This document shows, piece after piece, positions 44,086 to 55,082 of a DNA stretch of 64,000 bases. The position numbers and the translations under genes are program-made. Each line of letters starts with the position of its first letter. Within the stretch, counting starts at the first letter, position 1. The DNA is taken from contig CAWFJJ010000025.1 in assembly GCA_963816185.1 (NCBI GenBank), positions 96,001-160,000 on the forward strand, given 5' to 3'. The notes under the pieces were generated by a model, which saw only the letters and a program-made list of their open reading frames with translations, did not search any database and was not told the origin of the DNA. The DNA comes from Thermoanaerobaculia bacterium. GTDB taxonomy: Bacteria; Acidobacteriota; Thermoanaerobaculia; UBA5066.

Positions 44086-45778
44086 CCGCGGCGAGGAGCA
44101 CGAGCCCGAGCAATCCGATGAGAAGGCCGTCGCGGACTCCGGGCGGGCGGTACGAGAAGGCGACTCGATGCGTGCCTGCAGGAAGCCGCACCCCGCGAAA
44201 GCAGACATCTGCGCGGAGCACGAGATCCGTCACTCCGTCGACCGTGACCTCCCACCCTCTCGAATAGGCGTCGAAGAAGACGAGAACGGATTTTGACGCG
44301 GTGCGCGTCAGAAACGTGACCCGCGAGGGCCTCCTCTCGACGAGCGTCACCGAAGTCGTGTCGGGCGCCTCGGAAGCGGTCCACGCCGGTCCCTCCTCGA
44401 GGATCGCGGTCCGCGACGGATCGAACGAAGGGCTCAGAAGGAGGCCGAGGGCGCGCTCCGAAGGGACGACTACCGTTTGGCGGACGAGGATCGCCCGCGG
44501 GAAAGGCTCCGGCGTCCGAACGACACGCGCTTCGGGAATCGGCGGCGCCTCCGTGTCCTCGTCGAAGTCCCCGGCCCCGCGGAGAACGATCCGGGACGCC
44601 CCCGCGAGCTGCGCGATTCGAAGGCCGCGGCTCTCGATCGCCTCCTCGGTCCGCGCGAGCGGAGGACCCGCCCCCTGGACCGACTCGAGCGAGAAGCGGC
44701 CGCCGGCGGCGTTGGCGAGCTCGTCGTATTTCCGAATCACGGTGACCCGTTCCGAGTCGGGCAGGAGGTGAACGGGCGCGGGAAGGCCGAAGGACCAGAA
44801 GCGGCGCGGAAAGCCCAGCGGATCGGGCGGGATTCGGGCCAGGTGCCGGGCGAGGAGAGGCCGCGCGCGATACGTTTGTTCGGGCACCGTCGGCGCGGCC
44901 CGCACGGTATGGGCGCCTAGGTCCACGGTAAGGAGCGCCACGGCGCCCCAGGCGAGAGCCCGGCCGCGCCGGAGCGAGGCCTCGAGCGCGGACAGGGCCA
45001 GCGCGGATCCGAAGGCAAGCGCGAGGCCGAAGCAGGACAGAAAACGGACGGGCGCGCGGAACCCTCGGAGCAGAGGCCACGAGGAGAAGAACCGGTAGGG
45101 ACCCGCATCGCCGAAGGCGAACGCGAAGCCGACCAGCGCGGCGGCGGAAAGGGCGAGGAAGAAGGGACGCGGGAACCCCGACGTGCGGCGGAAGAAAAGG
45201 GCGATGCCGACGAGAAAGAGCACGTCGGTGGCGATGCCCGGATAGCTCGCCGGCTCGGGCCAGCGCGAGAGACCATCGACGGGCAGCAAGACCTGGTCGA
45301 GCTCGGCGACCGGCATGGCCCCTACGTTTCGGGCGTCGAGCGGAAGGCCGCCGAATCGGGACGTCTCCGGAAAAGCGAGGGCCGTCGGGAGCAAGGACGG
45401 AGCGCCGAGAGCGGCCGCCAGAGCGGTTGCGACCCCGAGCTCGGCGAGGAATCGACGCCGGTTGCGCGCCTCCCAGAACAGCGCGGCGGCGCACGCCAGG
45501 AGAGTCGGAGCCGCTCCGAGAAGGCTGTGGGGGCGCGCCGCGAGAAGAGCGAGACCGCCCGACGCGGCGGTGAGCACGATCCCCGCACGATACCGTTCGG
45601 CGGCGATGAGGGCAATGCCGAGGAGGAGGAAGGGGAGAAGCGCCACGACGGCCACCGCGTTCGGCCAGATCACGCTTTGAAGAGTCCGAGCCGAGAGCCG
45701 CGAGGACGGCCGCGAAGAAGAAGGACGCGCGGAGGACCTCTCCGGCTCCCGATGCGGAACGCGGGATCCGCGGGGCAA
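44051..45778 (-). CDS. YfhO-like membrane protein, possibly 5'-truncated
   Basis: FRAPVRF, GW-x-VDG, GTHRVAFSYRP plus terminal TM; odd N-terminus. Confidence 0.7.
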   Translation of the reverse strand: MPRGSRVPHREPERSSARPSSSRPSSRLSARTLQSVIWPNAVAVVALLPFLLLGIALIAAERYRAGIVLTAASGGLALLAARPHSLLGAAPTLLACAAALFWEARNRRRFLAELGVATALAAALGAPSLLPTALAFPETSRFGGLPLDARNVGAMPVAELDQVLLPVDGLSRWPEPASYPGIATDVLFLVGIALFFRRTSGFPRPFFLALSAAALVGFAFAFGDAGPYRFFSSWPLLRGFRAPVRFLSCFGLALAFGSALALSALEASLRRGRALAWGAVALLTVDLGAHTVRAAPTVPEQTYRARPLLARHLARIPPDPLGFPRRFWSFGLPAPVHLLPDSERVTVIRKYDELANAAGGRFSLESVQGAGPPLARTEEAIESRGLRIAQLAGASRIVLRGAGDFDEDTEAPPIPEARVVRTPEPFPRAILVRQTVVVPSERALGLLLSPSFDPSRTAILEEGPAWTASEAPDTTSVTLVERRPSRVTFLTRTASKSVLVFFDAYSRGWEVTVDGVTDLVLRADVCFRGVRLPAGTHRVAFSYRPPGVRDGLLIGLLGLVLLAAVSARPRSSAPG

Positions 45779-45787
45779 CAGGCGCGC

Positions 45788-48034
45788 TCAGGACGCCGCG
45801 TCCACGTCGCGCTCGCCTCCCTCGAACGCCTCGGCGCCGCGCCTCTCGAACGCCTCCATCGCCTTCAGCACGCGGCGGCGCGCGTCCTCCACGAAAACGG
45901 CTTGCGAGTCCACGGGCGTCTCGCCCGCGGCGGGCCTGAGGCGCTCGTAGGTTCCGTCTCCGTTCAGGCGGCGCGCGCGCACGTTGTCCTTCAGCATCGT
46001 GTCGAGCACGTCGACGACCTGCTGCGCAAGCGCGGGCTCCTCCACGGGAAAAGCCGTCTCGACTCGGCGGAAGAAGTTGCGCGGCATCCAGTCGGCCGAG
46101 GAGAGCCAGACCTTGCGGTCGCCGCCGTTCTCGAAGACGAAAGCCCGGCTGTGCTCGAGAAACCGGCCTACGATGGAGCGCACGCGAATCGTCTCCGAGA
46201 CGCCCGGAATGCCGGGCTTCAGGCAGCAGATGCCGCGGACGAGGAGATCGACGCTCACGCCGGCTTGCGAGGCCTCGTACAGCGCCGCGATGACGGGCGG
46301 ATCGACGAGCGCGTTCATCTTCGCCCGGATGCCCGACGGGCGGCCGGCGCGCGCGTGGGCCGTCTCCCGCGCGATCCACTCGAGGGCGGTGCGGTGCATA
46401 TCCTTGGGCGCCGCCACGAGACGCGCATAGCTCGTCTTCCCGGCGAAGCCCGTCAGCGCGTTGAAGAGGCGCGTCGCATCCTCGCCGAAATCCGGGCGGC
46501 AGGTCATGAGGCCGAAATCCGTGTAGATGCGCGCCGTCGTCTCGTTGTAGTTGCCGGTGCCGAGGTGCACGTAGCGCCGGATCTCATCCTTCTCGCGGCG
46601 GACGACGAGCGCGACCTTGCAGTGCGTCTTCAGGCCGACGACGCCGTAGACGACGTGGACACCCGCCTCCTCGAGCGACTTGGCCCACTCGATGTTCTTC
46701 TCCTCGTCGAAGCGCGCCTTCAGCTCCACGAGGACCGCGACCTGCTTGCCGTTCTCGGCCGCGCGGATGAGCGCGGGGAGTATCGCCGAATCCGCGTTCG
46801 TGCGGTACAGGGTCATCTTGATCGCGAGCGTCTTCGAGTCAGTGGACGCGCGCTCGATCATCTCGACGACGGGCGAAAACGAGTCGTACGGGTGGTGGAG
46901 GAGGATGTCGCCCGCGCGGATCGCCCCGAAGACCGAGGTGTCGGGCTGGTTGAAGACGGCGGGCACGGAAGGCGAGAAGGGCGGGTCCTTCAGCTCGCGC
47001 CGGTCGAGACGCGTGAGCGACATGAGGTCGCCGGCGCCGAGCGGCCCGTCCAGCTCGTAGACCTCGTTCTCGGTGATTTCGAGCTGCTTCTGGAGGAGCT
47101 TTCGCACGCGCTTGGGCGTCTTCGGGGCGACCTCGAGGCGCACGACCGCGCCGAAGCGGCGACGCCTCACCTCCTGCTCGATCGTGGCGAGAAGGTCGGA
47201 GGCTTCGTCCTCCTGGATCTCGATGTCGGCGTCGCGCGTCACGCGAAACAGGTGCGAGGAGACGATCTCGAGACCGGAAAACAGCTCCGCGAGGTTCGCC
47301 TGGATGAGCGACTCGAGAAGCAGGTACTCGGCTTTCTCGGGCTTGACCTTCTTTTTGCCCTCGATGAGCTCGCGGAGCGGGAGGAGGCGCGGCATGGCCT
47401 GGGGCACCTTGACGCGCGCGAACTTCGTCTCGCCCGTCTCGGCGTTCTTCACCTCGACCGCGAGGTTCAAAGAGAGATTCGAGAGGAACGGGAACGGATG
47501 CCCGGGATCCACGGCGAGCGGCGTGAGGACCGGGAGGACGTTGCGACGGAAATGCGCGCTCGCCACCTCCCTCTGCGCATCGGTAAGGTCCGCCCAGGTC
47601 AGGATCGAGATGCCGGCGGCCGCGAGCTTCGGCAGGAGATCGTTTACGAGGCAGGAAATCTGCCTCGCTTCCATTCCCTGGACCGCGACGCGCACGCGCG
47701 CGAGGGCGTCGGCCGGCAGCAGGCCGTCGTCCGACGGCTCGACGATCTCCGAGGAGAGCTTGTCGAGGAGACCCGAGACGCGAATCATGAAGAACTCGTC
47801 GAGGTTCGTCTCACTGATCGCGAGGAACTTCAGGCGTTCCAGGAGCGGCCAGCGCTCGTCGTGAGCCTCCTCGATCACGCGCTCGTTGAAGGCGAGCCAG
47901 GAAAGCTCCCGGTTCAGCAGCGGGGGCGCGGGCGAAGGCTCGGCTGCCGGCGCGGGCTCCGGCGGGACCAGCTCGTCCTGCACGAGCTGGAGCGGGCGCC
48001 TTTTCCTGGGTCTCAGTTCGTCGCGGCGAAACAT
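45788..48034 (-). CDS. ppk1: polyphosphate kinase 1
   Basis: NRELSWLAFNERV, NLDEFFMIR, HHPYDSF, KTHCK, GTGNYN, EHSR, SADWMPRN. Confidence 0.97.
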   Translation of the reverse strand: MFRRDELRPRKRRPLQLVQDELVPPEPAPAAEPSPAPPLLNRELSWLAFNERVIEEAHDERWPLLERLKFLAISETNLDEFFMIRVSGLLDKLSSEIVEPSDDGLLPADALARVRVAVQGMEARQISCLVNDLLPKLAAAGISILTWADLTDAQREVASAHFRRNVLPVLTPLAVDPGHPFPFLSNLSLNLAVEVKNAETGETKFARVKVPQAMPRLLPLRELIEGKKKVKPEKAEYLLLESLIQANLAELFSGLEIVSSHLFRVTRDADIEIQEDEASDLLATIEQEVRRRRFGAVVRLEVAPKTPKRVRKLLQKQLEITENEVYELDGPLGAGDLMSLTRLDRRELKDPPFSPSVPAVFNQPDTSVFGAIRAGDILLHHPYDSFSPVVEMIERASTDSKTLAIKMTLYRTNADSAILPALIRAAENGKQVAVLVELKARFDEEKNIEWAKSLEEAGVHVVYGVVGLKTHCKVALVVRREKDEIRRYVHLGTGNYNETTARIYTDFGLMTCRPDFGEDATRLFNALTGFAGKTSYARLVAAPKDMHRTALEWIARETAHARAGRPSGIRAKMNALVDPPVIAALYEASQAGVSVDLLVRGICCLKPGIPGVSETIRVRSIVGRFLEHSRAFVFENGGDRKVWLSSADWMPRNFFRRVETAFPVEEPALAQQVVDVLDTMLKDNVRARRLNGDGTYERLRPAAGETPVDSQAVFVEDARRRVLKAMEAFERRGAEAFEGGERDVDAAS

Positions 48035-48104
48035 GGCTGCTCCGGGGGGCCGAGAGAATACCGCGGCCGGGGTTCGCGTGCGCGCGGGCCGGCCTTTCAT
48101 GTCG

Positions 48105-48143
48105 CTTTATCTATTTGATATTAAACGACTTAATAAACTTTAT
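48105..48143 (-). promoter_or_regulatory. AT-rich promoter/operator upstream of ppk1
   Basis: Very AT-rich island in GC-rich DNA with imperfect GTTTA(T/A)T direct repeat. Confidence 0.4.
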
Positions 48144-49414
48144 GGGCGCGGTCGGTGCTCCGGGCGGAGGAGATCGAGGGCCGTTTTGACCGGCGTGAAC
48201 GTTTCCTTCGGCACCTCGACGAAGACCGTTTCCCAGAACGCCATCGCGCCGTTCCACAGGCCCGGCCGCTCGAGAGCGAACAGCGTCCGCCCCTCGTGCG
48301 TCTTCTTCGCGATGAAGACGGCGCGTTCGTCCACGAAACGTGAGAGGTCGAACGGTCGGCCGAACCCGTCGCGCAGCGAGCAGGCGAGGTCCACGGGGTT
48401 GAAATGCGTCGCCGCGCTCCAGATCGCCGCCTGAGAGGGATTCGCGAGATCCACCTGAGCCGACTCCACGATCTGGCGTGTTTCTCTTCCGGGCGCCTTG
48501 ACCCAGAACGGTCCGCCGCCGGGCTCTGCCTCGTTGCGGACGACGCCGCAAACGCGGAGCGGTCGGTCCCGGGGGCTCGTACGCTCGATGCGCACGAGAA
48601 GGCCGCTGAGGAGCCGCTTCCACAGGAGGGTCGGCGCGCGGAGGTCGTCGGGCACGACGTTGTCTATGTTCTTCACGAGAACGACATCGCCTCCCGACTC
48701 CGCGAGATTCTTCAGGAGAGCGCCGTGCCCTCCCGGCCGGAAGAGAAGGCGCCCCTCCGAGTCCCGGAACAGGCGGCTCTCTTCGTCGATCGCGACGGTG
48801 TCGGTGGAAGGCGCCTGCTCCGAGTACCGGACCTCGAATCGCGCCCCCGTTTCCCGTTCCAGGCAGGGCCGCGCCTTCTCGAGGACGGCCTCGAAGGCGC
48901 CGCGGTGCCCGGGCGGGACGGTGACGTGGATGCGGCAGACGTCCGCGGCGTCCCGCACCGTGCCGGCCGCTTCGACGAGGTGCTCCTCGAACGGCGTCCG
49001 GAAGACCCCGCCGTACCGATGGAACGGAAGAAGCCCCTTCGGGAGGGCCGCGAGCACCGGAAGATCGCCGGCGTCGAACGCGAAGGTCGACGCGTTCTCG
49101 CAAAAGCGGCGTACGTCGGGGTGATCGGGACCCCCGGACCTCAGGAACTCGAACATGCGGCTCGCGGCTCCGGACGCGGGCACGAATTTCGAGAGCCGGC
49201 TCGCACGCGCCGCCTCGTCGGCGAGCGCGAGCAGCTCGGCATGTTCGCCCTCGTCGATCCGCAGGACGCCGTCGCCGGCCGTGCAGGGGCGCAGGAGCTT
49301 CACGGCGGGCGGCGGGTCACGGAGAAGTGCCGCCTGCCGTTCCACCTCCGAAACCGTCAGGCCCTGCGCCTCGATCCGGGCGCGGTCCTCGGAGGAGAAA
49401 TCGTCCGCTTTCAT
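48140..49414 (-). CDS. DUF4301 family protein
   Basis: KFVPASGAASRMF, LFRPGGHGAL, KNIDNV, THFNPVD, ERPGLWNGAMA. Confidence 0.92.
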   Translation of the reverse strand: MKADDFSSEDRARIEAQGLTVSEVERQAALLRDPPPAVKLLRPCTAGDGVLRIDEGEHAELLALADEAARASRLSKFVPASGAASRMFEFLRSGGPDHPDVRRFCENASTFAFDAGDLPVLAALPKGLLPFHRYGGVFRTPFEEHLVEAAGTVRDAADVCRIHVTVPPGHRGAFEAVLEKARPCLERETGARFEVRYSEQAPSTDTVAIDEESRLFRDSEGRLLFRPGGHGALLKNLAESGGDVVLVKNIDNVVPDDLRAPTLLWKRLLSGLLVRIERTSPRDRPLRVCGVVRNEAEPGGGPFWVKAPGRETRQIVESAQVDLANPSQAAIWSAATHFNPVDLACSLRDGFGRPFDLSRFVDERAVFIAKKTHEGRTLFALERPGLWNGAMAFWETVFVEVPKETFTPVKTALDLLRPEHRPRP

Positions 49415-49424
49415 TCGCGCGCGA

Positions 49425-50321
49425 TCAGCCCTGTGCGGCCTTCCACGCGGCGTAGTACGTCTCGACCTCGTCCTCGAAACCGCCGTGCGCGGGCTGCCAG
49501 CCGAGGCGCGCGACGGCCTTCCGTGACTCCACGTGCTGGTCGAGCGCGAGGGCGTCGGCGAAGCCGCCCATCTTCTTGCGGGCGTCTTCGACCGGGATCC
49601 AGCGAATCTCGCCCTCGAACCCGGCGGCACGCGCGGCGGCCGTCACGAGACGGCGAACGGGCGCGCGGGAGCGGTCGGTCACGTTGAAGATCTCACCGGA
49701 GAGCCCGCTCGCGGCGGCGCGCAGGTACGCGTCGGCGCAGTCGTCCGCGTGCACGGTCGCCCAGCGGTTGTGGCCGTCGCCCACGGCCTCGATCGCCCCG
49801 GCCGCGGCTCCGGCGAACCAGGTCGCGGTAAGGCTCCCGCCGTAACCGTACACGCAGCCGGGGCGCATGACGATCCCTTTGATGCCTGCCGCCGAGAGGA
49901 CGCGCTTCTCGGTCTCCACGCGCGGCATGCTCATCGGGAGCGGCGCGAGAGGCGTCGTCTCGTCGGCGACGCCGCCGTCGGTCGAGCCGTAAACCCAGAC
50001 TCCGCTCGTGTAGAGGAGAGCCTTCGGAGCGGCGCCCCGATTTGCGAGCGCGAGGAGGGCCTCGACGGCGGCGCGGTCGGCGGCCCAAGAATCGCCCTTG
50101 TAATCGAACGCCGCGTGGACGAGAACGGCGGCGTCCTCCGCGCCCTTCCACGAGCCCGGATCCTGCAGCGATCCGATGACGGGCCGGATCTCGTGCCGGT
50201 CGAGGCGGTCGGCGCCTTCCTTCGAGCGCGTCAGCCCCCGGACGTGGTGGCCGGCGCGCCGAAAAGCGTGTGCGATCCTGAATCCGACGTGGCCGGTGGC
50301 TCCGGTGACGAAGACTTTCAT
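49425..50321 (-). CDS. NAD-dependent epimerase/dehydratase family
   Basis: [24 protein letters not shown]. Confidence 0.92.
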   Translation of the reverse strand: MKVFVTGATGHVGFRIAHAFRRAGHHVRGLTRSKEGADRLDRHEIRPVIGSLQDPGSWKGAEDAAVLVHAAFDYKGDSWAADRAAVEALLALANRGAAPKALLYTSGVWVYGSTDGGVADETTPLAPLPMSMPRVETEKRVLSAAGIKGIVMRPGCVYGYGGSLTATWFAGAAAGAIEAVGDGHNRWATVHADDCADAYLRAAASGLSGEIFNVTDRSRAPVRRLVTAAARAAGFEGEIRWIPVEDARKKMGGFADALALDQHVESRKAVARLGWQPAHGGFEDEVETYYAAWKAAQG

Positions 50322-50353
50322 GGCGGCAGATTATCCTTCAGGCGGGAGGCGGT

Positions 50354-50767
50354 TTGAGCGGGAACAGGGACGAGTCAGCGGAAACGCTCGCCGCGATCGC
50401 GAGAGGCATCGGAATCCCCGCGGCGCGGCGGCACATCTTCCTGTGCTGCGACCAGACGAAGCCGAACTGCTCCGAGCGGGACCGCTCGAACGCGGCGTGG
50501 GATTTCCTGAAGGCGCGTCTGAAGGAGCTCGGCCTCTCGACGAGCGGCCGGGTGCAGCGGAACAAGGCGAACTGCCTCAGGATCTGCACCGGCGGCCCCA
50601 TCGCCGTCGTCTATCCCGAGGGGGTTTGGTACCGCGCGTGCGACCCGCCCGTTCTCGAGCGGATCATCCAGGAGCACCTCATCGGCGGGCGGCCCGTCGA
50701 GGAGTATGCGTTCGTGACGCGCGCGCTGACGGGGGGAGAGGAGCCGGAGGGAACGGAAGAGGCGTGA
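50354..50767 (+). CDS. thioredoxin-like [2Fe-2S] ferredoxin
   Basis: HIFLC...[21 protein letters not shown]. Confidence 0.92.
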   Translation: MSGNRDESAETLAAIARGIGIPAARRHIFLCCDQTKPNCSERDRSNAAWDFLKARLKELGLSTSGRVQRNKANCLRICTGGPIAVVYPEGVWYRACDPPVLERIIQEHLIGGRPVEEYAFVTRALTGGEEPEGTEEA

Positions 50768-50769
50768 CG

Positions 50770-50802
50770 CTACTTCGCAGGCACGAACTTCAGCGTGCCG
50801 TT
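50770..50802 (-). repeat. relic duplicate of the msrB 3' end
   Basis: Encodes NGTLKFVPAK* versus msr[12 protein letters not shown]. Confidence 0.75.
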
Positions 50803-50821
50803 TTTCGCGCTGTCGCGTGAG

Positions 50822-51358
50822 TCATTTCGCCGGGACAAACTTCATGGCAGTCCCGTTCATGCAGTAGCGCAGGCCCGTCGGCTTCGGGCCGTCGTCGAAG
50901 ACGTGGCCGAGGTGGGCGTCGCAGCGCCGGCACATCACCTCCGTGCGCACGGAGAAGAAGCTCCGGTCCTCCGCCGTCTTCACGGAATTCGGCGTGAGCG
51001 GCTGCCAGAAGCTCGGCCAGCCTGTGCCCGAGTCGAACTTCGTGTCCGAGCTGAAGAGGGGCAGGTCGCAGCACACGCACAGATACGTGCCCTTCGCGTG
51101 GTTGTCCCAGTTCGGGCCCGTGAACGCGCGCTCGGTGCCCTTCTTGCGCGTCACGTAATACTGCTCGGGCGTGAGGAGCTTTTTCCACTCGGCATCCGTC
51201 TTCACGATGCGGTCGGGGAGGCGATCGGGGGCGGCGTCGGGCATCGCGGATCCTTTCTGGGCGGGGCTCTTCTCGGGACCGGCCGAGCCGATCGCGGCGA
51301 GAACGCCCGCGCCCGCGAGGACGGGGAGGGTCAGGGCGAGGAAATCACGTCGTCTCAT
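50822..51358 (-). CDS. msrB: peptide-methionine (R)-S-oxide reductase with Tat signal
   Basis: MRRRDFL Tat motif; [28 protein letters not shown]. Confidence 0.95.
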   Translation of the reverse strand: MRRRDFLALTLPVLAGAGVLAAIGSAGPEKSPAQKGSAMPDAAPDRLPDRIVKTDAEWKKLLTPEQYYVTRKKGTERAFTGPNWDNHAKGTYLCVCCDLPLFSSDTKFDSGTGWPSFWQPLTPNSVKTAEDRSFFSVRTEVMCRRCDAHLGHVFDDGPKPTGLRYCMNGTAMKFVPAK

Positions 51359-51396
51359 GGTCACCTGACACCTACGAAATGCTCTTTGGGCCTGGA

Positions 51397-52824
51397 TTAT
51401 TCCCTTCCGACCTCGCGCGCCGCCGCGCGGAGATCGTCGAGGGCCATGTGGATGCGGTCCCTGTGCGTCCGGAAATTGAGGATGCACATGCGGAGCGCGA
51501 AGACGTCGCCGAGAAGAGTGCCCGTCAGGAGCACCCTTTGCCGGGCGTTGACGCGCGCCATCAGCTCCCGGTTCACCCGGTTCGCCTCGTCCACGGACGC
51601 GCCCGGGGGCGAGAGGCGGAACGCGAAGAGCGAGAGCTCGGGTTCCGCGACGATCGTCACGTCCGGGATCGAGCGGACCGCGTCGGCCGCCTCTTGCGCG
51701 AGGTCGAGCTTCTCGTCGAGAGCCTTCCGGAATGCCGCGAGGCCGCAGAGCTCGACGGCGAGCCAGACCTCGAGCCCGCGGAAATTGCGCGAGAGCTCCG
51801 GGGAGATCTCGCAGAAGTCCACCGAGTCCGGGTCGACCTGCATTCCGGGCATGTAGTGAGCCGAAACGCTGTGCGAGCGGCGGAGCGCCGCGGGGTCCTT
51901 CACGAGGAGGCTGCCCGTGCCGTAAGGCATGAAGAGGCCCTTGTGCGGGTCGAGGACGATCGAGTCGGAGCGGGCGAGGCCTTTCATGACGGCACGGCCA
52001 CGCTCGGTCAGCGCGAAGAACCCGCCGTACGCCGCGTCCGTGTGCAGCCAGAGATCTTCCCGCCCGGCGAAATCGGCGAGCGCGTCGAGGTCGTCGACGG
52101 CGCCCGTGTTCGTCGTGCCCGCGCTCGCGGCGACGAGGAAAGGCGTGAAGCCCCGGGCGCGGTCCTCGGCGACCTGCCTGGCGACGGCGTCGAGCCGGAA
52201 TCGGAAAGCGCGATCCGAGGGGATCTCGCGCACGTTCGCGGCGGGGAAGCCCGCGAGGAGCGCGGCCTTGCGGATGCAGTGATGGCCCTGGTCGGAGACG
52301 TAGAGCGTGCCTTTGAGGAAATCCTCGGGCAGCTTCTCGTGCCGGGCGGCGACGATCGCCGAGAAGTTCGCGAGAGACCCGCCGGACGTCAGGAACCCGC
52401 CGGCGCTCTCGGGATAGCCGACGGCTCGCGCGAACCAGCGGACCACGTTCGTCTCGAGCTGGACGAGCGCGGGCGCCGGCGCAAAGACGCCCACGTAGCG
52501 GTTCACGCCGGCCGAGATCAGGTCCGCCACGGCCGCGTACGGCTGTCCGCCTCCGGGGATGTACGCGAGGAAGCCCGGCCCCGCGTTGTTGAAGCTCGCG
52601 GGGATCGCCTTCTCGAAGAGCAAGTCGAGAAGAGGTCCCGGCGGCTTTCCCTCCTCCGGCGCCTCCCGTTCGATCAGCGTGCGCGCGAGAGCGGAGGCTC
52701 CGGCGGATCCGTCGGCGGGCTGGCCGGGGAGCGAGCCGATGTGCGCGACGACGCGCCGGACGGCCTCGTCGAGGAGCCGGCGGAGCTCCGCTTCCGAGGG
52801 CTCGAGGGGCAGTTCCGCGCTCAC
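51397..52824 (-). CDS. PLP-dependent group II amino-acid decarboxylase
   Basis: [29 protein letters not shown]. Confidence 0.9.
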   Translation of the reverse strand: MSAELPLEPSEAELRRLLDEAVRRVVAHIGSLPGQPADGSAGASALARTLIEREAPEEGKPPGPLLDLLFEKAIPASFNNAGPGFLAYIPGGGQPYAAVADLISAGVNRYVGVFAPAPALVQLETNVVRWFARAVGYPESAGGFLTSGGSLANFSAIVAARHEKLPEDFLKGTLYVSDQGHHCIRKAALLAGFPAANVREIPSDRAFRFRLDAVARQVAEDRARGFTPFLVAASAGTTNTGAVDDLDALADFAGREDLWLHTDAAYGGFFALTERGRAVMKGLARSDSIVLDPHKGLFMPYGTGSLLVKDPAALRRSHSVSAHYMPGMQVDPDSVDFCEISPELSRNFRGLEVWLAVELCGLAAFRKALDEKLDLAQEAADAVRSIPDVTIVAEPELSLFAFRLSPPGASVDEANRVNRELMARVNARQRVLLTGTLLGDVFALRMCILNFRTHRDRIHMALDDLRAAAREVGRE

Positions 52825-54146
52825 GATCCGAGGCTCTCGCGCAGGGCGTCGGCCAGGTCCCTCGCGACCGAGTCGACGAGGGCGGCGTCCGCTCCTTCCA
52901 CCATGACGCGGGCGAGGGCCTCGGTGCCGGAATACCGGAGGAGGAGCCGGCCGTTGCCGGCGAGGCGCTCCTCGGCGATGCGGCGCCTCGCCGCAAATCC
53001 GGGGATCGCTTCGAACGGCGTCTTCTCGCGGACCCTGACGTTCCGGAGGACCTGCGGCGTGTGGATGAAGCGCGGCTGCGCTGAGAGCGGGCGGCCCGAC
53101 GCCGCCACGAGGGTCGCGATGTGAAGACCCGTGAGCGTGCCGTCGCCCGTCGTCGTGAGGTCCGCGCGGATGAGATGGCCGGACGGCTCGCCTCCGAGAG
53201 GCACGCCCGACTTCTCCATCTCCTCCACGACGTACCGGTCGCCGACGGCCGCGCGGATGAGGCGGACGCCCCGCTCCCTGAGGACCTGCTCCAATCCCCA
53301 GTTGGACATGACGGTTCCGACGACGGCCTCGGGTTTCCGGCCTTCGCGCTCCAGCTCGAGCGTCCAGAGATAGAGAACGTCGTCGCCGTCGAGGAGCGTT
53401 CCCGCGTCGTCGGCGATGATGATCCGGTCCGCGTCGCCGTCGAGCGCGATGCCGAGGTCGGCGTGCTCGGAGAGGACGGCGTCACGCATCCCCTCGGGGT
53501 GCAGAGCGCCGCAGCCCTCGTTGATGTTCCGGCCGTCCGGTGCGACGTTTCGCGCGACGACCTCGGCGCCTGCGGACCCGAACGCGGCGGGCGCGACCTC
53601 GAAGGCCGCGCCGTGCGCCGCGTCGATCACGACTTTCAGGCCGTCCAGCCGGTGGGGAAGGCTCCGCACGAGATGCGCGACGTATTCCGCTCCGAGCAGG
53701 AGGTCGCGGTGGACTTCGGTTGGCGGCGAGGTGACCGACGCCGCGATGCGGCGCTCGATGTCGATCTCCACGGCATCGGGCAGCTTGCGGCCTTCAGCCG
53801 AGAAAATCTTGATTCCGTTGTCGTTCCAGGGATTGTGCGAGGCCGAGACGACGACACCCGCGTCTGCGTCCGTGAGAGACACGAGATAGGCCACGGCGGG
53901 CGTGGGAACGACGCCCGCGAAGCGCGTCCGGCCCCCGGCTGCCGCGATGCCGCCCGCGAGGGCCCGCACGATCTCGGGCGAGGACGCACGCGTGTCGCAG
54001 CCGACCACGACCGAGATGGGCGGCCCCATTTCGGCATCTACGAGCGCCGCGACGAGCGCGGCGCCGACCCGGGACACGGTTTTGTCGTCGAGGGGTGGCG
54101 ACCCCGCCTCGCCGCGGATCCCGTCCGTGCCAAAAAGTGTGCGCAT
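52821..54146 (-). CDS. glmM: phosphoglucosamine mutase
   Basis: [27 protein letters not shown]. Confidence 0.95.
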   Translation of the reverse strand: MRTLFGTDGIRGEAGSPPLDDKTVSRVGAALVAALVDAEMGPPISVVVGCDTRASSPEIVRALAGGIAAAGGRTRFAGVVPTPAVAYLVSLTDADAGVVVSASHNPWNDNGIKIFSAEGRKLPDAVEIDIERRIAASVTSPPTEVHRDLLLGAEYVAHLVRSLPHRLDGLKVVIDAAHGAAFEVAPAAFGSAGAEVVARNVAPDGRNINEGCGALHPEGMRDAVLSEHADLGIALDGDADRIIIADDAGTLLDGDDVLYLWTLELEREGRKPEAVVGTVMSNWGLEQVLRERGVRLIRAAVGDRYVVEEMEKSGVPLGGEPSGHLIRADLTTTGDGTLTGLHIATLVAASGRPLSAQPRFIHTPQVLRNVRVREKTPFEAIPGFAARRRIAEERLAGNGRLLLRYSGTEALARVMVEGADAALVDSVARDLADALRESLGS

Positions 54147-54159
54147 TTCCCGCGCGATC

Positions 54160-55044
54160 TTACGTGAGTGCGGCCCGACCCGCTCGGCCGAGCACCGCGA
54201 GAAACCGAACGGTCTCGTCGACATCGTGGACGCGGACGAGGACGGGGCGGGCCCTGGAGGCGGCAGCCGCGACGGCGACCGCCGCGAGAGACTCCGGCAG
54301 GCGGTCGTTCGCGGGTCTGTCCGCGATCGCCCCGAGGAACGCTTTGCGCGAGGCCCCGACCACGAGCGGGACGCCGGGCGGCGCGAGGCGATCCAGAGCG
54401 CCGAGGAGGGCGAAGTTCTGCTCGGGCGTCTTGCCGAATCCGAAACCGGGGTCGAGAAGAATTCTTTGCTCGGAAATACCGGAGGAGATCGCACGGGCAC
54501 GGGCCTTCCCGAGATCCTGCGCCACCTCGAGGGTGACGTTCTGGAAAGAAGATTCTTCGAAGGTGGTCTGGGGGGTTCCGCGGCAGTGATTCAGGATGAC
54601 GGCGGCGCGCGCCAAGGCGATCACAGAGAGCATTTCCTCGGACGCGTCGAGCCCCGTGACGATGTTGACGACGTCCGCCCCCGCATCGAGTGCCGCACGC
54701 GCTACGGAGGCGCGCCGTGTGTCGACGGAGAGGAGAAGAGACGGGAGATTTCTTCGTAGGGAAGAGAGGACGGGGAGGACGCGGCCCTCTTCCTCATTCG
54801 CAGAAATCTCTCTCGCGCCCTCTCCGTATGCGCTGCCCCTGGGGCGCGTGCTCTCTCCTCCGATGTCCAGGATCGCGGCGCCCAGCTCCGCGTACCGCGC
54901 GCCTTCTTCCACGGCCGCTTCCGCGCTCGGGAACCGCCCGCCGTCGCTGAACGAGTCGGGGGTGACGTTCAGGATCGCCATGACGCCCGGGAGAGGGCCG
55001 AAGGTCAGAGTCCTCCCCTGAGCCAGGGGAATCGCAACGCTCAC
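54160..55044 (-). CDS. folP: dihydropteroate synthase
   Basis: NVTPDSFSDGG, GGESTRP, DPGFGFGK, SRK, RVHDV. Confidence 0.96.
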   Translation of the reverse strand: MSVAIPLAQGRTLTFGPLPGVMAILNVTPDSFSDGGRFPSAEAAVEEGARYAELGAAILDIGGESTRPRGSAYGEGAREISANEEEGRVLPVLSSLRRNLPSLLLSVDTRRASVARAALDAGADVVNIVTGLDASEEMLSVIALARAAVILNHCRGTPQTTFEESSFQNVTLEVAQDLGKARARAISSGISEQRILLDPGFGFGKTPEQNFALLGALDRLAPPGVPLVVGASRKAFLGAIADRPANDRLPESLAAVAVAAAASRARPVLVRVHDVDETVRFLAVLGRAGRAALT

Positions 55045-55082
55045 CGCGCGATTATGTCCGGCCCGTGGAATACACTCGCCGC

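Noticed and set aside
45527-48118. 863-aa plus-strand ORF (similarly 15544-17892 and 57424-60141)
   Set aside because: Antisense shadows of ppk1, smc and the ArsA pair
50822-53485. 887-aa ORF suggesting a large MsrB fusion
   Set aside because: Only the last 178 aa are MsrB; the rest is an off-frame read of glmM and the decarboxylase
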